64,000 nucleotides of DNA. Origin: Caulobacteraceae bacterium. Its GTDB lineage: Bacteria > Pseudomonadota > Alphaproteobacteria > Caulobacterales > Caulobacteraceae. Numbering within the stretch: position 1 is the first letter of the stretch; the number at the start of each line of letters is the position of its first letter. The position numbers and the translations under genes were made by a program. The notes below the pieces were generated by a model. The model made no database searches. It was not told where the DNA came from and worked only from the letters and a program-made list of their open reading frames with translations. The stretch lies in NCBI GenBank assembly GCA_035294785.1, contig DATGKF010000055.1, forward strand, positions 1,914-65,913. Direction: 5' to 3'. This document shows, piece by piece, positions 40,567 to 49,553 of the stretch.

Positions 40567-42021
40567 TTGACCGAGTTGGCGCCGGAGGACGACCTCAGGC
40601 CGGGCGTCGCGACGGCCCCGGACGGGGGCGGGCGGCTCTCGCTGGGCGCCGTGTCCTGGTCGGTCTTCGAGGGCGCGCGCGACCCCTACGTCATCCTGAT
40701 CATCATTTACATCTTCATGCCCTACGTGGGCTCGGTGATGGTGGGCTGGCCGCATTCCAATCCCACCGCCGGCCAGGAAGTCATCTCCCAGTGGAGCCAG
40801 TATTCCGGCTGGGCGACCATGGCGACGGCGCCGTTCCTGGGCGCCTCCATCGACCAGCTCGGCCGGCGCAAGGGCTGGCTGGCGCTGGCCATCGCCCTGA
40901 TGATCCCGCTGATGTTCGCCCTCTGGTGGGCCAAACCGGACGGGTCGGGGCTGCCGGTGATCGCGGTCATGCTCATGACCACGGTCATCGCGCTCCTCTT
41001 CAGCTACACCGAGGTGATCCACAATTCGCTGCTCGTCCGCGCCGCCGGCATGGGCGGGGCGCACAAGGCCTCCAGTCTGGCGCTGGCGCTGGGCAACGCG
41101 TTTGCGCTCCTCCTCTTCATCTTCCTCGCCTGGGGCTTCATGCTGCCGGGCAAGACCAACTGGCCCTGGGTGCCCAAGGCGCCGCTGTTCGGGATCAGCC
41201 AGGCGCTGCACCAGCCCGAGCGGCTGACCGGACCAATGACGGCGGCGCTGCTTCTGATCGGCAGCATCCCGATCCTGCTCTTCACCCCCGACGCCCCACG
41301 CTCCGGCGTCGGCGTCGTCAAGGCGTTCGCCGAGGGCGCGCGGTCGCTATGGCGCATGCTGACCACGGTCGGCCGCCACCGCGACGCGGCCATCTTCCTC
41401 GTCGCCCGCTCCTTCTACGTCGACGGCATGACCGCCGTGCTCACCTTCTTCGGCATCTACGCCACCGGCGTCATGCACTGGGGGGCGCTGGAGATGCTGG
41501 TGATCGGCATCATCCTCACCGTCCTGGCGGTGATCGGCGGCGTGCTCGCGCGGTTCTTCGACGCTGTTCTTGGACCCAGACGATCGGTGCAGCTCGAGAT
41601 CCTGATGTCGCTGGTCGGCATCATCGCGCTCCTGGGCATGGCCCCCGATCGCATCTTCTTCTTCTGGCACTACGATCCGGCGTTGCACGCGCCGATGTGG
41701 AACGGGCCTTTCTTCCGCACGCTGCCGGAGTGGATCTTCACGCTGATCGGGTTCTCGAACGCGATCTTCATCACCGCCCACTACGCGTCCAGCCGCACGC
41801 TGCTCACCCGGCTGACGCCCGCCGACCAGACAGGGGCCTTCTTCGGCGCCTACGCGGTCTCGGGCACGGCGACGGTGTGGCTCGCGCCGCTGATGGTCAA
41901 CATCGGCACACGGCTGTTCAAGAGCCAGCAGGGCGGCTTCGCCATGATCACCATCCTGCTGACGGTGGGCTTCTTCGGCCTGCTGTTCTTGCGGCGTGGG
42001 AACCGCGACTTCGCCGCCTAG
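40567..42021 (+). CDS. MFS transporter (UMF1/Atg22-like)
   Basis: About 12 hydrophobic segments; IDQLGRRK loop motif; ARSFYVDG; ASSRTLL...GAFFG. Confidence 0.82.
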   Translation: MTELAPEDDLRPGVATAPDGGGRLSLGAVSWSVFEGARDPYVILIIIYIFMPYVGSVMVGWPHSNPTAGQEVISQWSQYSGWATMATAPFLGASIDQLGRRKGWLALAIALMIPLMFALWWAKPDGSGLPVIAVMLMTTVIALLFSYTEVIHNSLLVRAAGMGGAHKASSLALALGNAFALLLFIFLAWGFMLPGKTNWPWVPKAPLFGISQALHQPERLTGPMTAALLLIGSIPILLFTPDAPRSGVGVVKAFAEGARSLWRMLTTVGRHRDAAIFLVARSFYVDGMTAVLTFFGIYATGVMHWGALEMLVIGIILTVLAVIGGVLARFFDAVLGPRRSVQLEILMSLVGIIALLGMAPDRIFFFWHYDPALHAPMWNGPFFRTLPEWIFTLIGFSNAIFITAHYASSRTLLTRLTPADQTGAFFGAYAVSGTATVWLAPLMVNIGTRLFKSQQGGFAMITILLTVGFFGLLFLRRGNRDFAA

Positions 42022-42548
42022 GGGCTGACCCGCGAGACCGGGTCGACGATCCGCGGCCGCAGATAGAAGGTATAGCTGAACGGGAACGAGGCCGGCAGCA
42101 TGTAGGCCACCGGCACGGTGTAGGTGTACTGCGCCTCGGCCTTGATGATGCTCTGGCTGTTGCCGATCAGGTTCGCCGGAATGGCGATCGTGTTCCCCGG
42201 CGTGTTCGCGGTCAGGCCGCTCGCGTCGCTCCAGCCCACCGTGGTCGCCCCCTTGGAGTCGGCCTGCACGCTGGTGATGCGCATCTTCAAGCCCGCCGTC
42301 GGATCGGGCGACATGATGATGTTGCCGATGGCGAAGATGTTGGTGATGTCGCTGTCGTGCAGGGTGGTCGCTTGAGCGGCCAGGTCTCCGACCGCGTAGG
42401 CGACGTGGCTGGTCTTGCGCTCGGCCAGCATCGCGCCGCAGAGCTCAGCCAGCCCGAAGTAGGCGAGGATCAGCACCGGCGCGATGAAGGCGAACTCGAC
42501 GGCCGAGACGCCCCGGGTGTCGCGGGCAAGACGTCGAAGGCGGATCAT
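42018..42548 (-). CDS. TadE/TadG-like pseudopilin (CpaK-like)
   Basis: RGVSAVEFAFIAP pilin-like cleavage motif; FYLRPR C-terminus; ATGA overlap with the upstream gene. Confidence 0.85.
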   Translation of the reverse strand: MIRLRRLARDTRGVSAVEFAFIAPVLILAYFGLAELCGAMLAERKTSHVAYAVGDLAAQATTLHDSDITNIFAIGNIIMSPDPTAGLKMRITSVQADSKGATTVGWSDASGLTANTPGNTIAIPANLIGNSQSIIKAEAQYTYTVPVAYMLPASFPFSYTFYLRPRIVDPVSRVSP

Positions 42549-43105
42549 GGCGTGTAGGGCTCGTTGCGGAAGACCGAGGTCGCGGTCAGCAGCGTCTGGC
42601 CGCCGTTGATCGGCGTGCCGATCTTGTCGAGCGCCGGCGCGATGACCGTCCATTGATAGAAGGCCTGCACCATGACGATGTCGCCCGGACCGCCGGTCTG
42701 GAACGGCAGCGTGTTCTGGGCGGCCATCTGGCCGTTCGTGATCGGGCTGGTCTGCGTGACGGTCTGAAAGCTCGAAAAGGTCTGAACGCTGACGCTTAGA
42801 TTGTTCGTGCAGTTCGAGCCCAGCCAGGTGAGCTGGTTGCAGATCAAGGTTTTGAACGAGGCCGCGGTCGCGCCGCCGGCGATCTGCAGCTGGCCGGTGC
42901 GGATCTCGCGCGCGGCCTCGAAGGTGGCGTTCTCGAGCGTCGTCGAGACGAAGTAGATCAGGCCGATTTCGATGATCCCGAAGGTCAGCGCCAGGAACGG
43001 AATCGACACCAGCGCGAACTCGACGGCGGCCGCGCCGCGCTCGCCGAGTCCGAAGCGTCGGGCAAGGCGCCGGGCGCGCCGAAAGGCGGAGAGTTTGGCC
43101 TTCAT
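42545..43105 (-). CDS. TadE-like pseudopilin (CpaJ-like)
   Basis: RGAAAVEFALVSIPF; AAREIRTGQ; FRNEPY. Confidence 0.88.
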   Translation of the reverse strand: MKAKLSAFRRARRLARRFGLGERGAAAVEFALVSIPFLALTFGIIEIGLIYFVSTTLENATFEAAREIRTGQLQIAGGATAASFKTLICNQLTWLGSNCTNNLSVSVQTFSSFQTVTQTSPITNGQMAAQNTLPFQTGGPGDIVMVQAFYQWTVIAPALDKIGTPINGGQTLLTATSVFRNEPYTP

Positions 43106-43129
43106 GCGGCGCAAGCTAGCCGGTCGTCC

Positions 43130-43144
43130 CTAAGGGACGTTTAA
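43130..43144 (-). promoter_or_regulatory. CtrA box upstream of the pseudopilin genes
   Basis: Minus strand TTAA-acgtccc-TTAG. Confidence 0.65.
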
Positions 43145-43170
43145 GCTCGGGGCCGAATCGTGGCGAAGCA

Positions 43171-43650
43171 TCAGGGGTGGTTCGCGGCGGGTGCAACGCT
43201 CGGCGCCGGCTCGGTGACCGTCATCGTCATCATGCCGTTGTTTGAGGTCGCCGCTTGCGCCGGCGCTGCGGGGGTGACGCCGTCGGCCGCCAGCGCCTGG
43301 CAGCGGCCGGCGCAGTTGTATTCGACCGGCGTCACGCCGCGGTAGACGGTCACCCGCGCCTGGTCGGGCGCCACGACGGCGACGCGGCCGTCAAACAGGG
43401 TGCGGCCGGCGTGGTCGGTGACCATGATTTCGGTCACGCCATAGGCCTTGCCCATGATCACCACGCTGTGGGGGTCGGTCATGGCCACGTCGGCGATGGC
43501 CGGGTTGGCGACGACGACGTTCGCCGCGACGCCGGGCAGGATCACGCGGCGGGACTGGTTCAACTCGACGCTCAGGCCGGCGGCGAAGGCCGCGCCGGCG
43601 GCCAGCGTCATGACGACCGTCAGGGAAAGCATCCAGATCGGACGGTGCAT
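43171..43650 (-). CDS. Pilus formation N-terminal domain protein (CpaI-like)
   Basis: Signal peptide; VVVANPAIADV...VIMGKAYGVT motif; C-terminal CAGRC. Confidence 0.8.
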   Translation of the reverse strand: MHRPIWMLSLTVVMTLAAGAAFAAGLSVELNQSRRVILPGVAANVVVANPAIADVAMTDPHSVVIMGKAYGVTEIMVTDHAGRTLFDGRVAVVAPDQARVTVYRGVTPVEYNCAGRCQALAADGVTPAAPAQAATSNNGMMTMTVTEPAPSVAPAANHP

Positions 43651-43797
43651 GGGGAGAGCCTCCAGGCGAAAGAGAGGGTCGGTCGGCAGAGAAGACTGGG
43701 TCCGCAATGGTCAACAAAGTCTGAAGCGGCGCGGCTCCCCCACGCGCGCGAGTCATAATGTGTGCAACGCAGGCTTTTCGCCCTGCAATCGCGCCTT

Positions 43798-43875
43798 GGT
43801 TAATAGAAGATAATAGTAAATGTCCGTATACCAACAAATATATTCGGTAATAGTCCGCTGTTTACTGACCATTAA
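43798..43875 (+). promoter_or_regulatory. AT-rich pilA promoter with CtrA boxes
   Basis: TTTA-ctgacca-TTAA at 43861-43875 and TTAA-tagaaga-TAAT near 43800. Multi-site CtrA control of pilA is established in Caulobacter. Confidence 0.75.
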
Positions 43876-43970
43876 GCGACGAGCGTCAAATTGCGCTCAG
43901 TTTTTCGGGGCGAGCAGGCCGACGGCTTGATGCTCCAGTCAACGGCTTGCTGAAACAGGAGACCAAGCAC

Positions 43971-44132
43971 ATGTCGAAGTTCTTTTCTCGGTTCGCGAAC
44001 GACGAGTCGGGCGCCACGGCCATCGAATACGGCCTGATCGTCGCGCTCATCGCCGTCGTCATCATCGGCGCGGTGACCACCGTCGGCACGAACCTGAGCA
44101 CGAAGTTCAACACCGTCGCCTCGAACGTCTAA
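43971..44132 (+). CDS. pilA: Flp/Tad major pilin
   Basis: MSKFFSRFANDESG/ATAIEYGLIVALIAVVII; AGGAG RBS. Confidence 0.96.
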   Translation: MSKFFSRFANDESGATAIEYGLIVALIAVVIIGAVTTVGTNLSTKFNTVASNV

Positions 44133-44163
44133 CCGACGCTTCGACGACACGTCAGAACTCGGA

Positions 44164-44192
44164 GGGCCGCGGCGCTTGCGTCGCGGCCTTTT
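44164..44192 (+). terminator. Intrinsic terminator after pilA
   Basis: GGCCGCGGCGC-TT-GCGTCGCGGCC-TTTT. Confidence 0.8.
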
Positions 44193-44228
44193 CCGTTTGT
44201 TCAGAGCTCCGCCCTATTCAGCGGCGGC

Positions 44229-45824
44229 ATGCGGCCTTCCCGCTTCCGAGTCCCGGTCACGATCGCGCTCGCCGCGCTGATCCTGCTTGGCCCGGCGCTG
44301 TTCTGGGGCCGCCCCTTCATCTTCTACGACACGCCGGTCTATTGGGGCTGGGGCAAGGACGTCGTCGGGGCGCTCCAGCATCCCTGGCCGCGCGCCGGCG
44401 CCCCATGGATCCCCGGCCGGCCGCTGTTCGGCTGGGAGCTCGGCGCCCACGGCGCGACCCTCGGCGACCTTCGCTTCACGCTCACGGCTATCGAGGCCCG
44501 CTCGATCTTCTACGCCGTTCCGCTCTACCTGCTCGCCGCCGCGGGCGGCCTCTGGCTGGTCGCGGCGCTGCAGGCGCTCGCCGCCGCCCTCGTGCTGCGC
44601 ACGTCGGTCCGTGCGCTCGCGCCGGCGCTCGGCGAGGCCGCCTTCCTTGCGGTCACGGCGGCGCTCGTCCTTCTGACCGCGGTCGGATTCGAGGCCTGCG
44701 ACATTATGCCCGACCTGTTCGGCGGCCTGGCGGTGCTCGCCGCCGCCGTGCTGATCGCCCGGCCGGAGCGGCTGAGCCGCGCTGCGCGTCTCGGCCTTGC
44801 CGCCGTCGCCGGCTATGCGGTGCTCGCCCACGCCGAGAACGGCCTGAACCTCGCGGCGGCGGCCGCGTTCGGCGTCGTCTTTTTCGCGCGCGAGGGGATG
44901 AAGGCCGCCCTTCTGCGCGTCGCGCCGGTCGCGGGCGCGCTGGCAGCGGCCGCGATCGTCGGCCTGATCGGCCACGCCGGCGTCGAGCAGGCATTCGGCC
45001 GTCCGTCGCATCCCGCGCCGTTCCTGGTCAGCCGCCTCGCCGCCGACGGGGCGGTCCAACGCTATCTCGCCAAGGCCTGCTCCAGACCCGGGCTCGCGTC
45101 GTGCGACCTGGCGCAGATCCACGCCGACTATCCGGAATACTATCTCGCCCTCTACCCGCTCAGCCCGCCGCCCGATCTTGCGAACGCCGCCAGCGCCTAC
45201 GACCGCCTCCAGTCCACCGATGTGAGCGACGCGTCGGCGGCCCGGCGCGAGCGTTTCCTCGCCGAGGGGCCGCGCCTCGTCGCCGGCGCGCTGACCGCCG
45301 ACGGGCCGCATCTTGCGGCGCTCGCGCTCGCCCGCGGCGGCGCGCTGATGGGCGCCGGCGCCGTCGGGCCGAACTTCGACAGCTTCGCCGGCCTGATGCG
45401 CGAAAGGACGCAGCGAGCGCGCGAGACGGCGGCCATCACCCCCGGCGCGGCGGACTGCGGGCGGACGCGGGCGGCGTCCTGCGGCCCACTCGCCCCCGGC
45501 CCGCTGGCGGCGATCCAGACGCTCGCCCTGCTCGCCGGCCTCGCCGCGCTCGGCGGTTGCCTGCTCCTCGACGCGCCCGAAGCGCGGGATCTCCGCGCTT
45601 TCGCCGCCCAGATCCTCTTCCTGCTCATGGCCAACGCGCTGATCTGCGGCGCGCTCTCCGGGCTCTACGAGCGCTACCAGATCCGCGTGGCCTGGCTGGC
45701 GCCGTTCGTCGCCCTCGTCGCATTGGCCAGCGGCCTCGTCCGCAGGCGCGCCCGCGCAACGCTTCCTTCACCTGTGCCCGGGATCGTTCCACCGATCGCC
45801 GCCGTCCAGAGACGCCCATCGTGA
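44229..45824 (+). CDS. Polytopic membrane protein, putative GT-C superfamily glycosyltransferase
   Basis: TM1 followed by PFIFYDTPVY (acidic residue in the first external loop); RSIFY; MPDLF; multiple TMs; large Cys-containing loop; C-terminal YERYQ. Stop overlaps the cpaA start. Function inferred from topology and motifs. Confidence 0.6.
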   Translation: MRPSRFRVPVTIALAALILLGPALFWGRPFIFYDTPVYWGWGKDVVGALQHPWPRAGAPWIPGRPLFGWELGAHGATLGDLRFTLTAIEARSIFYAVPLYLLAAAGGLWLVAALQALAAALVLRTSVRALAPALGEAAFLAVTAALVLLTAVGFEACDIMPDLFGGLAVLAAAVLIARPERLSRAARLGLAAVAGYAVLAHAENGLNLAAAAAFGVVFFAREGMKAALLRVAPVAGALAAAAIVGLIGHAGVEQAFGRPSHPAPFLVSRLAADGAVQRYLAKACSRPGLASCDLAQIHADYPEYYLALYPLSPPPDLANAASAYDRLQSTDVSDASAARRERFLAEGPRLVAGALTADGPHLAALALARGGALMGAGAVGPNFDSFAGLMRERTQRARETAAITPGAADCGRTRAASCGPLAPGPLAAIQTLALLAGLAALGGCLLLDAPEARDLRAFAAQILFLLMANALICGALSGLYERYQIRVAWLAPFVALVALASGLVRRRARATLPSPVPGIVPPIAAVQRRPS

Positions 45825-46339
45825 CCCTGATCCAGATCGCGCTCTTGAGCCTCTTTCCGGCGCTCGCCGTCGTCGCGGCGCTGACCGACCTCGCTAGCTT
45901 CACCATCCCGAACCGGCTGAACATCGCGCTCGCCGTCGCCTACCCCATCGCCGCGTTGGCGCTCGGCCGCCCGTTCGCCGAAATCGGCGTTGGGCTTGGC
46001 GTCGGCGCGGTCGCGCTCCTGATCGCCGTCGGGCTTTTCGCCGGCGGCTGGATCGGCGGTGGCGACGCCAAGCTGTTCGCGGCCGCCGCGCTCTGGCTGG
46101 GCTGGCCGGCCGCGCTCTCGTTTCTGATGGTGACGGCGCTGGCCGGCGGCGGCCTGGCGCTGCTGCTGCTCAACGCGCGCAGCCAGTGGCTCAAGCCATA
46201 TCTGGCCGCTGCGCCGCCGTGGCTCGAGCGGCTGACCACGACCGGGCAGGCGGTGCCCTACGGCGTCGCGATCGCCATCGGCGCGCTGGCCGCATTCCCC
46301 GAGGCGGCGATCGTCCGCGGCGTTCACGCACCTTTTTAG
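45821..46339 (+). CDS. cpaA: Prepilin peptidase CpaA (A24)
   Basis: ALTDLASFTIPN; GGGDAKL catalytic Asp; VPYGVAIA. Confidence 0.92.
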   Translation: MTLIQIALLSLFPALAVVAALTDLASFTIPNRLNIALAVAYPIAALALGRPFAEIGVGLGVGAVALLIAVGLFAGGWIGGGDAKLFAAAALWLGWPAALSFLMVTALAGGGLALLLLNARSQWLKPYLAAAPPWLERLTTTGQAVPYGVAIAIGALAAFPEAAIVRGVHAPF

Positions 46340-46356
46340 GCCATTCACCGAACCGC

Positions 46357-46372
46357 TTAGGTCGTCGTTAAC
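46357..46372 (+). promoter_or_regulatory. CtrA box upstream of cpaB
   Basis: TTAG-gtcgtcg-TTAAC. Confidence 0.65.
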
Positions 46373-46417
46373 CATGGCCCGAGCAAGGTCGGCGCACGTC
46401 TCCGGAGAGCGTCACCG

Positions 46418-47305
46418 ATGAGCCGAGCCAGAATCTTCATCGTCCTCGCAATCGCCTTGGTCGGCGCCTTCGGCATGGTCCTGCTCGTCGGCATGCTCAC
46501 CAAGCACAAGCCGGCGCCGGTCGTGGCCGCCGTGGCTGCGCCGGAGCAGCCGATGGCGCGGGTGCTCGTCGCCAAGCGGGATCTGCCTGTCGGGACGCGC
46601 CTGGACGCCAGCGACATGGCCTGGCAGGACTGGCCCGCAACCGCCGTCAATCCGGTCTTCATCACCGACGGCCAGGGCGCGCACGCGCCCCCCGTCTCCA
46701 TCGCCGCTCAGGCCGGCCAGACGATCCATGCCGCCACCTCGGTGATCACCGGGGCCGCCGGACCGATGCAACAGCTCTCCGGCTCGATCGTCCGCACCGA
46801 GATCCTCGCCAATGAGCCGATCGAGAACGCCAAGCTCGTCCGCGGCGGGGAGGGCGGCTACATGGCCGTCGTGCTCCGTCCGGGCATGCGCGCCGTCTCG
46901 GTGGCCGTGCAGCCGAACTCCGACGCCGGCGGCTTCATCCTGCCCGGCGACCGCGTCGACGTGGTGCAGGCGCACTCCACAGACGCCGCCTCGAACGGCG
47001 GCCGCGCAGGCTTCGTCGCCGAGACCCTGCTCCGCAACGTTCGGGTTCTGGCCATCGACCAGACCAGCCAGCCGCCGAAGAATGGCCAACAGAGCGAGGT
47101 CGGCGCCGTCGCCACGATCGAGGTCTCGGCCGCCGACGTCGGCCTGATCGCCAAGGCCAAGCTGCAGGGCGACGGGCTCATCCTGGCGCTGCGCCCGTAT
47201 TCCGACGCCAATCAGCCCTCAGGGCGCGGCGACGACTCCGAAGACGCCGGTCAGGTGCGAATCTTCCGCGCCGGCCAACCCCCCGAAGTGGTGGCTCTCC
47301 AATGA
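46418..47305 (+). CDS. cpaB: Flp pilus assembly protein CpaB/RcpC
   Basis: SAF domain VLVAKRDLPVG; PGMRAVSV; GGFILPGDRVDV; LRNVRVLAIDQ. Confidence 0.93.
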   Translation: MSRARIFIVLAIALVGAFGMVLLVGMLTKHKPAPVVAAVAAPEQPMARVLVAKRDLPVGTRLDASDMAWQDWPATAVNPVFITDGQGAHAPPVSIAAQAGQTIHAATSVITGAAGPMQQLSGSIVRTEILANEPIENAKLVRGGEGGYMAVVLRPGMRAVSVAVQPNSDAGGFILPGDRVDVVQAHSTDAASNGGRAGFVAETLLRNVRVLAIDQTSQPPKNGQQSEVGAVATIEVSAADVGLIAKAKLQGDGLILALRPYSDANQPSGRGDDSEDAGQVRIFRAGQPPEVVALQ

Positions 47306-48861
47306 CGCACAGCTTTCGCTCCCTCGCCGCGCTGGCGGCGTTCGGCTTCGCCCTCGTCGCCCTCGTCGCCGCGCCCGCCCGGGCGCAGAGCCGCGAGCCG
47401 GCGGCGCCGATGCATGTGGATCTGTCGACCGGCGCGGCGCAGTCGATCTCCATCCCGCGCGGCAAGTCGGCGATCATCGACCTGCCGGTGGACGCCCGCG
47501 ATGTGTTGGTGACCAACCCGCAGGTGGCCGACGCGGTCCTGCGCACGCCCCGGCGGATCTATGTGGTCGGCCTCGCGCCCGGCGCGACCGACGCGGCCTT
47601 CTTCGATGCCGGCGGACGGCGGATCCTGGCGCTCAACATCCGTGTCGATCAGGACTTCAGCGCGGTCGCCCAGACCATCAACCGCCTGATCCCCAACGCG
47701 CGGGTCCACGTCGAGGGGGTGAACCAGAGCGTCATCCTCTCCGGCTCGGTCGCCAACGCCAGCGAGGCCGACCAGGCGGTCCAGATCGCCCAGCAGTTCA
47801 CCGCCAGTCCCACCCAGGTGGTGAACATGCTCTCCATCGCCGGCAAGGAGCAGGTGATGCTGAAGGTGCGCATCGTCGAGATGCAGCGCAGCGTCATCAA
47901 GCAGCTCGGCTTCAACCTGAACGCCCTGCTGGGCCAGGCCGGCAGCCCGCAGTTCCTGGTCGGCGAGGCCGCCAGCTTCGCGATCAACGGCGCGCTCCTC
48001 GGCGGTATCAACGCCGGCACGCAGATCGACACCACGCAGCAGCCGGAGGTGAAAGCTTTCGATCCGCTGACCAATGCTTTCGACATCAACCAGGTCTGCG
48101 GCGGCTGCAACAACGGCGGCCAGCACACGATCGCCACCACCCAGACCACCTCGGGCTCCAACGGCCTGAACAAAGGTAACGCCAATATCGAGGCGTTTGA
48201 ACGCGTCGGCCTCGTGCGCATGCTCGCCGAACCGAACCTGACGGCGGTTTCGGGCGAATCGGCCCGCTTCCTCGCCGGCGGCGAATTCCCCGTGCCGTCC
48301 GGCGAAGACTCGACCGGGCGCGTCAGCATCGAGTTCAAGCCCTTTGGGGTCGGCCTCGGCTTCACGCCGATCGTGCTCTCGTCCGGGCGCATCTCGCTGA
48401 AGATTTCGACCGAGGTGTCAGAGCTCTCCAACCAGGGCGCCTTCACCCTGTCGAACGGAGCGGGCGCGCCGGCGCTGACCATCCCGGGGCTCACGGTCCG
48501 CCGCGCCGAGACGGTGGTCGAACTTCCGTCTGGCGGGTCGATGATGATCGCCGGCCTCCTGAACGAGGAGACCAAGCAGGACCTGGATTCGGTCCCGGGG
48601 CTGATGAACCTGCCGGTGCTCGGCGCGCTCTTCCGCAGCCGCGACTACCAGTCCGGCGAGACCGAGCTCGTCGTCATCGTCACGCCCTATCTGGTCAACC
48701 CGACCAGCCCGGCCAACCTGCAGACCCCGGCCGACGGCTTCCAAATGGCCGACGACGCACAGACGCTTCTGCTCGGACGCCTCAACAAGGCCAACAAGGC
48801 GCCGCCCGCCGCGGTCGCCGGCAAGACCTACCAGGGACCCGTCGGCTATGTCATCGACTAG
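47302..48861 (+). CDS. cpaC: Tad secretin CpaC/RcpA
   Basis: NPQVADA; QVMLKVRIVE; LAEPNLTAVSGESARFLAGGEFP; LPVLGALFRS; ETELVVIVTP. Confidence 0.94.
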   Translation: MTHSFRSLAALAAFGFALVALVAAPARAQSREPAAPMHVDLSTGAAQSISIPRGKSAIIDLPVDARDVLVTNPQVADAVLRTPRRIYVVGLAPGATDAAFFDAGGRRILALNIRVDQDFSAVAQTINRLIPNARVHVEGVNQSVILSGSVANASEADQAVQIAQQFTASPTQVVNMLSIAGKEQVMLKVRIVEMQRSVIKQLGFNLNALLGQAGSPQFLVGEAASFAINGALLGGINAGTQIDTTQQPEVKAFDPLTNAFDINQVCGGCNNGGQHTIATTQTTSGSNGLNKGNANIEAFERVGLVRMLAEPNLTAVSGESARFLAGGEFPVPSGEDSTGRVSIEFKPFGVGLGFTPIVLSSGRISLKISTEVSELSNQGAFTLSNGAGAPALTIPGLTVRRAETVVELPSGGSMMIAGLLNEETKQDLDSVPGLMNLPVLGALFRSRDYQSGETELVVIVTPYLVNPTSPANLQTPADGFQMADDAQTLLLGRLNKANKAPPAAVAGKTYQGPVGYVID

Positions 48862-48865
48862 GGAA

Positions 48866-49540
48866 ATGCTTCGCTGCCTGATCGTCTCCGGCCTGGCGCT
48901 GTTCGCCACCGGATGCGCCACCGATGGGCTGATGCATCACGCCGACAAGACGCCCCCGGCGGTCACGCCCACGGAGCAGTACGCCATCACGGTCACGCGC
49001 GCGCCGGACGAGATCCTGCTGGCGCCGCACGCCGACGGTCTTTCGGCGGCGCAAAGCGCGGCGTTGGCGGCGCTGGTCCAGCGCTGGCGCGATGTCGACG
49101 GCGATGAGATCACGATCCACAGTCCAGGCGGCCAGGCGCAGGCCTACCGGGCCGTCGCCGCGGTGCAGGAAGCGCTCGAGGGCCTCGGCGTCCGCTCCGA
49201 CCAGATCACCCTCGCCGCCTACGATCCCGGCGACCGCGCGGGCGCGCCGATCGCCGTCGGGTTCGAGGGCTATCACGCCCAGGGCCCCGCCTGCGGACGC
49301 AACTGGAAGGACTTCACCAAGACGTTCCAGAACCAGGTGAACAACAACTTCGGCTGCGCGACGACGGCGAACATGGCGGCGATGATCGCCAACCCCGCCG
49401 ACCTCCTGCGGCCGCGCGCGATGGACGCCCCTGACGCGGCCCGTCGCGAGACGGTGCTCGGCAAGTACCGCCAGGGCGCGGTCACCTCCTCGCCCAAGGA
49501 TCCGCAGGCGAACGGCGCCGTTTCGAACACGCTGCAATAG
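48866..49540 (+). CDS. cpaD: Pilus assembly lipoprotein CpaD
   Basis: Lipobox LFATGC; NFGCATTANMAAMIANPADL. Confidence 0.92.
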   Translation: MLRCLIVSGLALFATGCATDGLMHHADKTPPAVTPTEQYAITVTRAPDEILLAPHADGLSAAQSAALAALVQRWRDVDGDEITIHSPGGQAQAYRAVAAVQEALEGLGVRSDQITLAAYDPGDRAGAPIAVGFEGYHAQGPACGRNWKDFTKTFQNQVNNNFGCATTANMAAMIANPADLLRPRAMDAPDAARRETVLGKYRQGAVTSSPKDPQANGAVSNTLQ

Positions 49541-49553
49541 CAGGCACCCCCCC

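Noticed and set aside
43790-43880. AT-rich patch as a possible foreign insertion or origin
   Set aside because: It is explained by the multi-CtrA-site pilA promoter.
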